Below, one piece after another: positions 11,351 through 23,520 of a stretch of 64,000 nucleotides of DNA; the first letter of the stretch is position 1, and the number at the start of each line of letters is the position of its first letter. A model generated the notes under the pieces. It was not told the origin of the DNA. It saw only the letters and a program-made list of their open reading frames with translations, and did no database searches. The DNA comes from Takakia lepidozioides (Eukaryota; Plantae; Bryophyta). Both the position numbers and the translations under genes were made by a program. The stretch is from positions 24,304,001-24,368,000 of the forward strand of contig CM060734.1 in NCBI GenBank assembly GCA_030704615.1. Reading direction: 5' to 3'.

Positions 11351-11660
11351 TGTCTGGAAAAATGGCGCCGAATTTCTCTTTTTGGGGCCGAAAACTGGCT
11401 AAGTCCCAACATGCACTGGTACCTGTGTCTGGGAAAATGGCGTCGAATTTCTCTTTTTTGGGCCGAAAACTGGCTAAGTCCCAACATGCACTGGTACCGT
11501 GTCTGGAAAAATGGCGCCGAATTTCTCTTTTTTGGGCCGAAAACTGGCTAAGTCCCAACATGCACTGGTACAGTGTCTGGAAAAATGGTGCCGAATTTCC
11601 CTATTTTGCGCCGAAAACTGGCTAAGTGCGAACATGCACTGGAAAAATGGCGCCGAATTA
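11351..11660. repeat. Tandem array of about 4.3 copies of a 74-75 bp unit, resembling subterminal repeats of a DNA transposon
   Basis: Units start at 11351, 11426, 11500 and 11574 (tgtctggaaaaatggcgccgaatttc...catgcactggtac); inverted copies of the GGCGCCGAATT core near 11689 and 11771. Confidence 0.9.
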
Positions 11661-12059
11661 CCTGTCATGAGGGGACCTATAGCCGCGGAATTCGGCACCA
11701 TTTTTCGCCAGAGAGACCTATTACCGAAATACGTCGCCGTTTTTTCAGGTTACGGACCCTATTACCGCGAAATTCGGCGCCATATTTGCACATGTCGCTG
11801 GGAATTGGCATGAGCGGAAGACGAAATATCATGAGCACAACTGTCAAAACTACAATTTTCCCTTCAAGGGGCCGAATAATATATTTGTTTTTCCTGACAC
11901 ATTGCATTAAATTATTATTATTATTTTATTTTATTTTCGAAATTTGTACTTCTGCTCATGAAAACCGATTGTCTTACTACTCCGCTCATGCCGCTCATGC
12001 CGCTCATGCTCATGAAATAGCTAACCTCGAAAGGAGCAGAGGAAGAGAATCGCTATCAA

Positions 12060-13235
12060 GGCTTTACCTTATACTATGGTAGGGGGCAGAATGTATAAGC
12101 TAGGACCTGATGGAGTATTTAAACGATGTTTGTACCACCATGAAGTAAATAAAGTTTTGGAGGAAGTTCATAAAGGAGTGGCTGGAGGTCATTTTGGAGA
12201 AGAGACTACCAGTAGAAAGATATTACTTGCAGGTTACCGGTGGCCTACTTTGTTCAAGGATGTACACAAGTATTGTAAGAGTTGTGATGAGTGTCAGAAG
12301 CTAGGACCATTGCAGAGATCTGGGAAGATGGCTTTGCATCCTACGATGCCTATTGAACCATTTCAGAAATGGGGACTAGACTTTGTTGGACCAATTAACC
12401 CACCAGCCAAGAATACACAGAACAAGTATATAATCACAGCCACTGATTATACTACAAAGTGGGTGGAAGCTAAAGCTCTGAGGGACAATACAGCTAAGTC
12501 CATAGCAAGGTTCATGTATGAGAACATACTTACACGATTTGGCTGTCCCCTGGAATTTATCAGTGACCAGGGAAGTCACTTCATTAATGAGACCATAGAA
12601 CTATTGACTATAGGGTTCATGATTGTGCATAGGAAGAGTACAACTTATTCTTAATCCGATACTGAATCGATACAAACATACTGTGTAGAGAGACACGAGA
12701 GAAGCTGTGGTATGAATGCATGATTAATTGGAACTTAGTAGACACTGAAGCTATCTGATGCTTCAGTATGCACGGTAAGGTAAATTGATAACATGAAGGC
12801 AGGAAGGAATACAAATAGGAAGCACAACCATGATTCACTAGCTGCAGGTCATGACTGATTGTTCTGAACGGGCTGAGTGCTTAGAGATATCCAACTCTTC
12901 TATCTTGGAGTTTCCACCTCGGATAATGAAGGGATGGGTGAGTAAAAGCCGCTCGACACCTGCCAACGATCCCACCATGTACACAGCTGGTATCTTGAGG
13001 GACTGGAGTCCTGCCCACTTCAGGGACTGTGGATGGTATCTCGACTGCCCTCCAGAGCACACGACATTTCAAGAGCAGCAAATGGGAAGAAGGGGAAGAT
13101 TAAAGCTTCTAAGATTAAATCACCATGGAAAGGACCTTATGTCATATAGAAGATGTATGATAATAACACCGCCATGTTACAAACCATTAACAAAGAAATG
13201 CTGGGGAGAGTCAATGCCAATAAGTTGAAGGGATA
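12060..13235 (+). pseudogene. Integrase fragment of a non-chromoviral (Athila/Tat-like) gypsy element, interrupted at about 12655-13078
   Basis: HHCC domain (HKGVAGGHF...CKSCDECQ) and rve core (PFQKWGLDFVGP...ISDQGSHF) in 12076-12654; GPY/F module (KSPWKGPYVI...GRVNANKLK) in 13080-13230. Confidence 0.9.
12950..13075 (+). pseudogene. Fragment of a paralogue of the methyltransferase gene's upstream exon
   Basis: PANDPTMYTAGILRDWSPAHFRDCGWYLDCP aligns with PSNDKTMYTAGIAKD*SRAHFRDCWWYLDLP at about 1917-2008. Confidence 0.85.
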
Positions 13236-13384
13236 CAGTGGTATCCATGACAAACCATTGCAGCACGATTTGCATGTTGAAACACAAAAACAGTCACGGG
13301 CTGCGCCAGTGATACCAACGGAGTATGGAGCACTTGTCGCCAAGCCGAGTATGTATGACCAGGGCGGGAAGTACATGTGTTTGC

Positions 13385-13540
13385 ATAGCTATCACAGCCC
13401 ATCACACAGCCTATCACAACCCATCACAGCGTGACACAACTTATCACAGCCCATCACAGTGTCACACAGCCTATCACAGTTCACCACAGTTAGACACGGT
13501 CTGTCACAGCCCAACACAGCCCATGCGGGTTACACAGTCC
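13385..13540. repeat. Degenerate short tandem repeats (atcacagccc / tcacacagcc)
   Basis: About ten imperfect copies downstream of the integrase remnant. Confidence 0.75.
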
Positions 13541-13911
13541 ATTGGGTCAGTGACAGGTAGACGCGAGAACGTCAGAAAAGTGGCCGTCAAATGAAGAAGA
13601 AGTTTGGAAGTCAAACTCGGAGAATATGCCACGCGGAGAGGGGAAGTCGGGGGCATGTCTAAAAACGGGCACGTGGCCACTAAGGCAAAGCACGCCACAG
13701 TGCATAGATTGCAAGAGTGGGTCTCATCATGCAAGATGACAAATCGGGTTGTCAAAGTACCTACCCGGTACATCAATTAAAACTATTTGTGGGCCCATTA
13801 ATGCATTCAGGGCAGGGGTAACAGAACCCTTTCCGAGTACAGAAAAGAGGGACTTATGCCACATGTGTTGTCCTACTGGACATTCCAGGTGGGAATGTCC
13901 ACGGAGGGGGG

Positions 13912-16740
13912 GTGAAATTAAGAAGTTACCTAAGCAGGCAACAGCCAATCAGGAGTGAGAATTTCATGCAGGTGGTTCCCTCCAAGAAACAAGAACAAGA
14001 AATTGGAAGTGTTATGAGCGGAAGAGTCGGGGTGGCTCCGAATAGCCAATGTCTCGACGGGAGGGGCGATCAAAGCACTAGCTTTGTAGCTATGGCGGAT
14101 GTAACGGATTACACGCTTGCTTTACTTCTCACGCAGTGGCGTAAGGACGGACGAATTGAAAGTACATTTTCTCTCACTCGATACTTGCAAGCCCCACAGG
14201 CTTACACGCACTTACCTGTTCCATTCTGTGCCAACCATACCTTTATGCTCTGTGCCCTGCAAGCTTTCCTTCAGCTGTTTCAAACAAGGCCTTTTTGTTT
14301 GTCTAGAATGAAGAGAGTGAGGGGAATGGAGGATATCAGGGTGAAGAGCACCACGATTCTGCCGAAGCAAACAATTGCTACACCGCAGGCAGTGCAGCTG
14401 CTAAGGGAGTTGCGATTGGAGGGGCTGCTACGCAAGGACTGGTCCTTGCATCATCGGCAGTATATGATTCAATTTCTTCAGAACTTTGAGCCTTGGACGG
14501 GAGTTACCCAGGTGAGGGAAGAAGATATAGAAATTACTCCCCAGTACTTGCAGCAATTGTTAGATTTGCCATCGGGTCATGTGGATGTGGATGAGCACAG
14601 GGCAGGATTGCAGATAGGGAATTTGTTCCAAGAGGGGAGTTTCTTTAAGACTCAAGGTTACGCTTGTACCAAAGCCGAGTACCCAGGGCTCAGAGAAGTT
14701 GGCCAAATATTGAACGTACTGTTTGCCATGAAACAAAACCAACAATATTTGAGCAGGTCATTCACAGAGGAGATCCTAAAAGCTTTGAGGGGAGAGGATG
14801 TAGCTTGGGCAGAGTTAATGTACAATGGTATGGTGGAAGAGATGAAGAGGTTACAGGGCACTGCTACTAAGTCTCCGATCATTGTGTCTGGTCCAGTCAT
14901 TGCCCAAATCATTCTTGACTCTTGCATACTTGATACTCGGGAACGTAAGGAGATGGGAGTGTTTGAGGAGTAACCACTGCAATTGAAGAGCAGAGCTCTT
15001 CACATAGTGAGGGTGGACTGGCAAGGCAACACCAGTCTAAGAGACAGAAGCGGGGTATGACTGTAGTGGCGGATCCACTAGCTTCACGGAAATCGCAAGA
15101 TGATGTTTCCCAAGCTCTTGTGTAGGATGGGGCACAACAGCACAGAGGGCTGTTATTATTGGAAGCAAGGCCTTCGGAGAGGGAAGAAGAAGTCACTTCG
15201 GTACCACAGCCATCACAGCCAGTTGACTCAGTTGTCTCAGAGGTTCCACAGTTAGAACATGCTGTGACACCACCCCCAATTGCTCTAGACGGAGAAAGAT
15301 TGGACATTCCCACTACAGAGCAGGTTGTGGCAGAAATTGAGAAGGGTGACCTTCTCTATGAAAACTCTGGCTTGGTAAGGGAATCAGTGGTTCCAGAGGT
15401 GCAGAGTTTGTCCAGGGAAATCCTTGCTGTGCATGTAATACCCACACTTGTGACGGAGGTACCAGGGGTAGAATATAAGGACACTGCAGCATCTGTGGAG
15501 GATGAGGTGGTTCAGGAAGAGGATCTGGTGGGGCAATGGCCTGAATGGTTGGTGAAGCATCACATTGTGGAAGATCAGGGGGAACAACACCAAGTTCACC
15601 ATGATGACCCCCAGCAGGCCATGCTTATGAGTTCCATAAGCATGACACTTAATTTGTTGGGCACTTATGTGAAATCCCATGTTCCATCTACCCAATTGGC
15701 AACTTTGAGAGAAGAACTCAGGGAGTTTGAGACTCAAATTGCCACTGAGTGTGCTAACAAAGTAGATGCGGAGATCAATCTCAAGTTACAGCAAGAGTTG
15801 GAGGACACAAAAGCTGCCTTGCAGTTGGCTAAGGGACATTTTGATTGAAGCAGGTCTCGAGCAGGACCAGTTGCATGAAGCACATAAACAACAGTTATAC
15901 CAATTATAGGTGAAGCATGAGGGCAAGTTGCAAGAAGTGCACATACTACATACAGAGTTGGAGGCAATACATCAGAGGATGACCATACAATGTGCTACAC
16001 TCACAACTGCTCTAGAGCAAACTGCATTAGAAGTTAACAGACAAGGGGAGAGATGTATGATGGCAGAAGCTGAGATAATAGAGCAAGGAAAACTTGTTGT
16101 TGATTTGCAAGCTACAATCTGTCGCAATGAGAATACTTTCCAATAGTACAAACAGGTTGAGGCTGACCAGGAGAGGTACATCCTGGAGTTGCAACAAACA
16201 GTCATGGTCAATAGAAATGAACTCTCTGTGGCTAACAAGGCTTGGAAGGAAGCCAATAATCTGGCTGCTGCCTATGCGGGTCTGGTTGAACCTCATGCGA
16301 AGCGCATGGAGGCTTTAAAGAAATAGTTAGATGTGTACAGACTCATGGAGGAGCAGATTCTTAGGGGTGCCACACAGGACTTGGTGGATAACCACCTTAT
16401 GCAGGTCTGGTTAGCACAAGGGCCGGTAGAAGGCAAAGCACCAAGGAAGCTCACCCAGGGCGAGATGAATGAGCTCCGATTGCAGGTGCAGAACATTGCC
16501 ACAACTACTATAGACAATGTCTATAGTAGGATAGCGGAGCTATAGGAGGATGTGGAAGGCCTGCAGACTCAAGTAGATGACCTGAGTTCAAATATTGACA
16601 AGATAGTCTTTGTTCCTGAGGAGCAGCTGATGGCTACTTATTTACATGCCAGGACTCTAATTTTTCAGTCTTCTTTGCAGGGGGTGTAGGAGATGCCAGT
16701 GGTACCAATACCACAGCAGGTGTCTGTGCAGGTCCTTTTA
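13912..16740 (+). pseudogene. Long accessory ORF downstream of pol: plant-transposon-type helical domain, acidic linker, coiled coil; several stops
   Basis: ORF pieces 13912-14973, 15159-15848, 15910-16146 and 16333-16545 are collinear and broken by TAA/TAG/TGA; position after INT is typical of Athila/Tat extra ORFs. Confidence 0.6.
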
Positions 16741-17454
16741 TTATTTCGTCGAACTTGTTTCCGCGGTTGAGGGTGCTCTTCCGCGGAAATACACTCTGCT
16801 TCTTAATTGGCACGCGTTGATGTGGCTTTTAAGCTCGATGACGTGGAGTGAGCCCGGTGACGTGGCGTTCATTCAAGGTGACGTGGCGTGAGCGCGGCTG
16901 CGCTCACGCCGAGGCATCCCTGCATAGGAAATCACACATTTCAATTCTTCACACATGGGCCAAAGGCACAGGCTACCGTAGAGGTTGCACTTGGGCCTCG
17001 ACATAGGAGACACACTTGGACTTGGGCTTAATTAGATGACACTGGACACTTGGGCCAATGGCACAGGCTACCCTAGTTTACGCTTATGGGAAAGATTTGC
17101 GAAATTTGTGTTAAATTTGACATATGCAATTCAATCATAAAGATGCTAGCTAGAGAGAAAGCCAGCATAGAGCTTGCTCAAGGCATCACGATAGAACATT
17201 ATGCATATTCCTAAAATATCCACAAAATTCCTAAAATATTCTCTGGTGAAAATAAATTCAGGCTAATTATGTCTATGTCTAGTGTCATAAACCATCGTGT
17301 AAGAGATTTTATAAAACTCTTGCAAAAATCGGCTCATGTGAACACAAACAACCCAAGCAAAAAGCCCTGACTTGTCCAATCTATGATACGTTCGGAAGTT
17401 CTACCCTCTAGCACATATGGAAAGCTAGATGTAACAGAACGTTCACAGGAAAAT

Positions 17455-17753
17455 GAAAAATGTGCTCGATCTCACCTCTCCTCTCCCTTATCTACCAAGA
17501 CCTCCAAATTGAATCCATAAAAGCTTGGATCAAACTCTGTGCAGATATTGAAAGATCTCCACGTCAAGCAAGTCAGCTCCATGCTACCTTTACATCGACC
17601 TGGGGGCGTCACGGAGTCATCTACCACAGCTCTACCACAGACCATTGTGCTGGAGAGACATCCAAGGTACCATCCACCGCCCCGCCAGAATTTGACACGG
17701 ACGTCAAATGGAAACATGTCAAACAATCATCAAAGGCTTTGAGAGGTGCATGA
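17455..17753 (+). mobile_element. LINE ORF2 C-terminal fragment
   Basis: ISPLLSLIYQDLQIES..WGRHGVI..PEFDTDVKWKHVK matches ISSLLTSVFLDLQTEA..WGKHNII..PEFEREVNWKHLK of the LINE at 25290-25620. Confidence 0.8.
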
Positions 17754-19149
17754 AGTAAGTAAGATCACTTTCATATGGCTCATCCATCATGATGTTTGCC
17801 CTCATCCATGAGGGTACGCTGGCACCCGTTGCCGGCAAATGCCCGCCATCTGCCCTATGGTGAAGTCAACCCTGCAAGGCCAAAACATCGGATTTTGGGT
17901 ACCCCTCGACACTCCAAAAAATCCTGACGGTGGTCCTTTAGGTATTTTAGGGTGCCATCAACATAAGGGGGCGCAGAATTTAATAAGCTACATTTTTCAT
18001 TCGGGGCTCAATTTCATCCAACTTCACCTGCGGATTTCGAAATTTCAACGTGACCCGAAGGGGTTAGTTCTAGAGAATTAAAGCGCCTCCTGGTCACTTC
18101 TTTGCTTGAGCTTATCTTCCCATCCAAAAAGAATTTCATTGGCGAAACTCTTGCATAATTTGAAATGGGGTGCATCTTAGACTGGTTGAGCACACCTACT
18201 TAATAAAACTACTGGTGTAGTGTTTGTAGAATAAGGCTTTCGTTTCCGACGTTAACTATACTTAGAGGAATTATTGTTCCGAAAAAGTTTATAACTTTGT
18301 CTGTAGTTCATGCTACAGGTTCCTTCTGTAACTTGTACACAAGCTGATCAGAAAGATGGGTTTGGAAGATCCCTAGTTCCTCCAGAGCTTGTCTTGTCCC
18401 CATTACTTAAGGCATTTTTTTTGGGGGGGCGGAATTAGGAAAGGGGTTGGTGATAGGGTAGGCTACCTTACAAGAGAGAAACATATCGGAATCGAAGTTT
18501 TTAGAATCAAAATCCCTCCATCCAGCATCTGGGTCATACAAGTTTGTTTTTTTTTTGTTTTTTTTTTGGTGTTGGGGAGAGTGAAAGTTGCCGCTTGCAT
18601 CAGACCAGGCCTTTTCAAACCAAATCCGTGCGCTATGGAGATACAACTCAGAAAAGCCTGCCAACTTACAACCTTCATAGAGGGACCTGCTTCATTCAGA
18701 CTTCGATCAGCATAACGTTGTTCTGCATCAACCATTTTTTTTTCATTTATGCCTTGGCGTGGACCTGGCGAAATATTTTTGGGACTAAGTGCAGAGGTGG
18801 CGACATGTACATTGTCCACCTAGAATCCACCTGGCTACAGATATGCAATATATTGTGCAATATGGCGATCGGACGCTGCAATATGGCAATATGGTTACTT
18901 ATATATGGCTACAATATGGCTACATATATATGGGCAACATGGCTACTGGCTGGAGATCGGACGGTGGAGATAGGTGTAGGTGGCGACATCGTGGCTGACC
19001 CTTGGTGCGATGGGGCGCCAACCCATTTACTGCGCCATGCTCCCCCGTTCCTTGGCGAAACAGGTGGGTTCCTAGCTGCTTTATGGCACCAGCTCGCCAG
19101 GGACCCGCCCTGTTTTGGCGATATTTTTTATTTTTGCCCCTGTTTTTTT

Positions 19150-19460
19150 GTGTGAGACACGATGACCGCTCACCTTTGGCAGTGGTCAACAGGATGGGTC
19201 AACCACGAGCAGAACTACCTACACTGGTCAGCTTCCCAGGATCTCATGCTTTCCGGGATAGTGGACCTGGCCTCCTGTGGGATGCTTACTTGCAGCAGTT
19301 AGTGCAGCCCAATGCTGACGAGCGCGATCGGGCGATGAGTTTTACCACTGGCGGTGCCGTCTCTTTCTGAGGCATCACGTCGTCAAGTGTTGGGGCAAGC
19401 CATGGATCTCAATTGCTTGACTTGGATTATCAGCTTGGCTATGGCTGAGCAGCGCAGAGT
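19150..19460 (+). pseudogene. C-terminal fragment of a DNMT3/DRM-like C5-cytosine DNA methyltransferase (motifs IX and X)
   Basis: LPTLVSFPGSHAFR...PNADERDRAMSFTTG, a frameshift near 19352, then LSEASRRQVLGQAMDLNCLTWI; parallels DNMT3 motifs IX (ExERxxGFP) and X (RxxxLGxxW). Confidence 0.7.
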
Positions 19461-19636
19461 GTGGAGTACACTTCCCTCGACGGTCTCTGCCTACCGAGAC
19501 GGTACAGGCAGTGAGTGGGGGCAAGCAGGTGAGGACCACGAGGTGCAGGCATCCATGGTACACGTGGGAGGTGCTCGAGGTTCAGAGGGAGTTGGCAGCC
19601 AAGGCGGCGGTGATGGATGAGGTTGGTTTGAGGCAA

Positions 19637-20325
19637 GAATTGCCACTGAGTGTGCAAACAAGGTGGATGTGGAGGCCAACCTCAAGTTGCAGAAAGAGTT
19701 GGAGGACACTAAGGCTACCTTACAGCTTGCGAAGGAAAATTTAATTGAAGCATGTCTTGAGCAGGAGAAGTTGCATGAAGTGTATAAGCAACAGCTATAT
19801 CAGTTGCAGGTTAAGCATGAAGGCAAGTTGTAGGAAGTGAAGTTGCTTCATACAGAGTTGGAAGCAATCCATCAGAGAAAGATCATACAGTGTGCCACAC
19901 TAACGACTACTCTGGAGCTGATTGCACTAGAAGTTAAGAACCAAGCTGAGAGATGTTTAATTGCAGAGACAGAGTTAATGGAGCAGGGGAAACTCATTGC
20001 TGACATGAAGACTACTATCTGTCACAATGAAGATACTATTCAGCAGTTCGACCAGGTTGATGCCCAGAAGAACAGGTACATCTTTGAGTTGCAGCAAACC
20101 ATTACAGTAAGGGACAATGAACTTTCTGTGAGTGAAAAAACCTGGAAAGAAACCAATAATCTGTCAGCTGCCTATGCAGCTCTAGTTGAGCCTCATGCGA
20201 AGCGCATGGAGACTTTACAGCAGCAATTGGACACATACAGACTCAAGGAGGAGCAGGATCTCCGTGGTGTTACACAGAACTTGTTGGATAATCATCTTTT
20301 GCAAGAGTGGTTAACACGGGTGAAC
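19637..20325 (+). pseudogene. Second, diverged copy of the coiled-coil part of the retroelement accessory ORF
   Basis: Collinear with 15737-16410 (e.g. LHTELEAIHQR..IQCATLTT and AAYA.LVEPHAKRME). Confidence 0.9.
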
Positions 20326-21790
20326 TAGTCTAAATCGGTGGGGCTTCTCTCTAAGCTCCATAATTTCTCTTGTATGGGGCACTGCCCCCCTTGGAGCCAG
20401 GACTTCGGCTTGAGATGGCTGCAGGATCGGCAAACGCACACTCTGCTCAGGTTCCAATTTGGCCATGACATCTCCGAAGACCGACTCTTTGAGCAAGTGC
20501 TCACCCAACTGCTCCGAAGGAACCTTGCTTACACTAGAAGAGAAACCGGCTTTTTCCACGGTCTTTTCCACACTTTTTGCCGTGGAATCCGCCCCAGTCC
20601 ACACCTGCCATGGGTGTAAGAAACGACTAGTGCTTTCGGACACCCCGTGGACGGCCTGGCTCTCGGGTGGCCCTGTGGAAAAGTCCACGGGTGGCTGAAT
20701 CCACGGGTGGATTTTTTCACAGGGTTTATGGCTTTTTCCACGGGCGACGTGTGCTTTGGCGAACACCACCACGTGGATCCTAGACGTACAAAGGTGTGGA
20801 CTTGTCCACACCTACGGGAAAACCATGCGTCAGCCTGTCACCAGGGTTTGACGACATCTGGGCAACGGTGTGTGCAACACCTGTATTTTTGTAAGGATGA
20901 CACGTGTATGGACACAAAGAGGCAATGTGCACTTATGTGGAGTGGACATCTGGCATGACATGTGGGTGTGAAAAAAGCCATTCGGTGTGAGACGATCCAC
21001 TGGCTGTTTTCACAGCTTCAGCAAGTTTCAGGGGCCACGTGTTCTTTGGCAAACACCGCCACGTGGATCCTAAACGTACAAAGGGTGTGGACTTGTCCAC
21101 ACCTACGGAAAAATGATGCGACACCTTGTCACCAGGGCTTGACGACATGTGGGCAATGGTATGGGCAACACGTGTATTTTGGAGAGGACGGCACGTGGCG
21201 TAATCTGGAGCAACTCATGGAGTGGGTGTGGAGTATTTTACTGCCTATACTGTAGGTCATTCCACATAATTGTGGAGCATACCATAGTGGGAGTGAAATA
21301 TTCTACTGCCGATGTTGTAGGTCATTCCACATAAATGTGGAGGATGCCACAGGCAAGCTACGGTTGATTTCACATATCTGTGACGTCATGGTGTGCACAA
21401 TTAATCCACAGGCATCATGATCATATCACAGATCGTGATACTGTCCACACTGTCAGTTTCACAGTCCATGTGAAATATGACTCATATACATAAACACAAT
21501 TCCAAAGCACCACGGCAACAACCTGCTCATGACATGAAGAATTGACTAAGCATGGCCAAAACAACAGATAGAATGAGCATATGCAACGGTGCTTCAAAGT
21601 TTAATACGCCCTTCATTGCCCAAATACAGTTTAGTCTGAACATGCAAGTTTGCAGAGTCTGCACTGCTGATCACAACCCCACAATGTACCCAAATCCTAC
21701 ATTGATGCGCAAAATCACGAAGAAAAGGTGAAATCGATATGAAGAGGCGTTAAGTCAAAATTGCCTTCAAACTGAGGATCCCCCACAACC

Positions 21791-22954
21791 TCATGTTCGG
21801 GTCAATTTGAGGAACTTGGCAGACCACAGGGCCACGCTACCTACAGTGACACTGAGCATCACAACGGGAGGCCTAACATCATTGTTGGGGTATGGCAGAG
21901 CAACATCTGCCCCATGTACTGCTTCAACCGAGACAACATGATAATCGGCCGAAACGACATAAGCCTGGCAGTCAGTCGACATGCCCAATATATGGCCCAC
22001 GCCTGCCTTCCATTTGGGTGCATTGGGGTCAAACATTGTGACCTTGTCACCAACCTGAAACTGGAACAGCCAACACCACCATTGTGTGCCCTTGTCATTT
22101 GTTATGCACATGAAACAGTTGTGGACAGGGAAAATGCGAGATGTCATCATATAGCCCTGCAAACAAAATACGGATGTACTTCCACAAAGCGAAACTTACA
22201 ACAGCGGTTTGAAGCTTCCCATACGGCTCCCATCAACGTTGCTGGCAGCAAGTCTTGCGGACTTCTTGGTCATCTTCACCGCAACAATTTCCTTTGGTGG
22301 CTTCTGAATCAATAGAAACCCACACATGTACACAGAATTCATGAACGGCCTGCAGGTATTGCATAATCGACTTGGAACAAAACAAGAATATAGGAACACG
22401 AGTACTTACCTTCCGAACAACGACCGATTTTGTTGTTGAATCAATGTTCTTCCCTGCCCCAACAATAACCACTCTTGTGCCCTTAGCCCCTGCCCCTATG
22501 TCTTGGGCACTCTGTCTAAGTTCACTGCCGGTGTGATCCTCCACTACAGGCACTCCCTTCTCAATAAGGGGGGATAGGTCATCATTGGCACCATAATTAA
22601 GGCAAGGATCATCACATGCCATGTTCTGAACTTTGTCCTCACCTGTGGCATCTTCTTCCATAATACTGCCCCCCTTCCTTTCTCCACTGCCTCCACTGCT
22701 AGGAGGCTGATCACATGTACTTGTCATTTCCAGAGTAGTCGCAGGTGGGACATGATAGTTTTTTCTACGCAGGCATTCTGTCCTGGTACACGTTCTTGGG
22801 CTGCCTTCTGCTTTTTGACTTGAAGATCGAATGCGCGATTCCAAGCGTGACGGTGCTCCATGATTTCATCCAGAATTGGCTGGTTTCGCAAACGCTTCTG
22901 CTCGACTTCGCGGTAGTGAGAGGCCCGTTTCCACACCTGCGATTGAGGAGGCAT
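21791..22954 (-). pseudogene. TnpA-like (second ORF) gene of the CACTA element, intron-containing
   Basis: C-terminal VVSVEAVHGADVALPYPN...LSVTVGSVALWSAKFL resembles the C-terminal domain of CACTA TnpA/Tnp1; gtaagt donors near 22408 and 22200 on the minus strand. Confidence 0.55.
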
Positions 22955-23239
22955 TCCTGCACACTTTGAAATGCTTTGCCGAGATAGAGAGTCCACTGGA
23001 GTGCAAAGCAAGCAGATGAAGGAAGCAGACGACATTCGGTAATGCGCGGGAACCACCTTGTCTGCCAAAGTGGACAATGGACAAGTCGCACGTAGGGAAA
23101 TCATGCCTATGCCTTTTTCAGCGCATCGGTGGTGACTTGGCATTAGGGGCTGGTCTCACGGTGCATTTTCCACGCCGTATGGTCCATTCCACACTTTGTA
23201 ATTAACATGCAAGAATTATGGTGTTGGTGAGATATGTAA

Positions 23240-23520
23240 CTAGTTTATTTATTTATTTAAATAAATGAAACAGGGAGGCCGTGGCATGGGACTTTACTTG
23301 CAAAAATATGGGGAAAAAAAATAAAACCCCGATGAACGCCATGAGAGTCACACACTGTAGTCAGTGAAGGGGGATCCAAGACCTGCACTCAGAAGTGCAA
23401 ACGGACTGTAACCACAAAACAATCTGGGCTACTCCAACACAGCTCACAACGTTACGAGTCAAAAGCATAAGTCTAAGTAGCGATTAATAAGAAACTAATC
23501 CAAGGCGTAGCATGCTAGCG
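23240..23520 (-). mobile_element. LINE 3'-UTR fragment with a (TAAA)n tail inserted in the CACTA element
   Basis: ggggaaaaaaa..aaaacccc...gccat...cacacactgta.tcagtg is shared with the 3' UTR of the LINE at about 24945-25003. Confidence 0.7.

Noticed and set aside
11250-12082. Repetitive ORFs (MSGKMAPNFSF...)
   Set aside because: Translations of the 74-bp tandem array.
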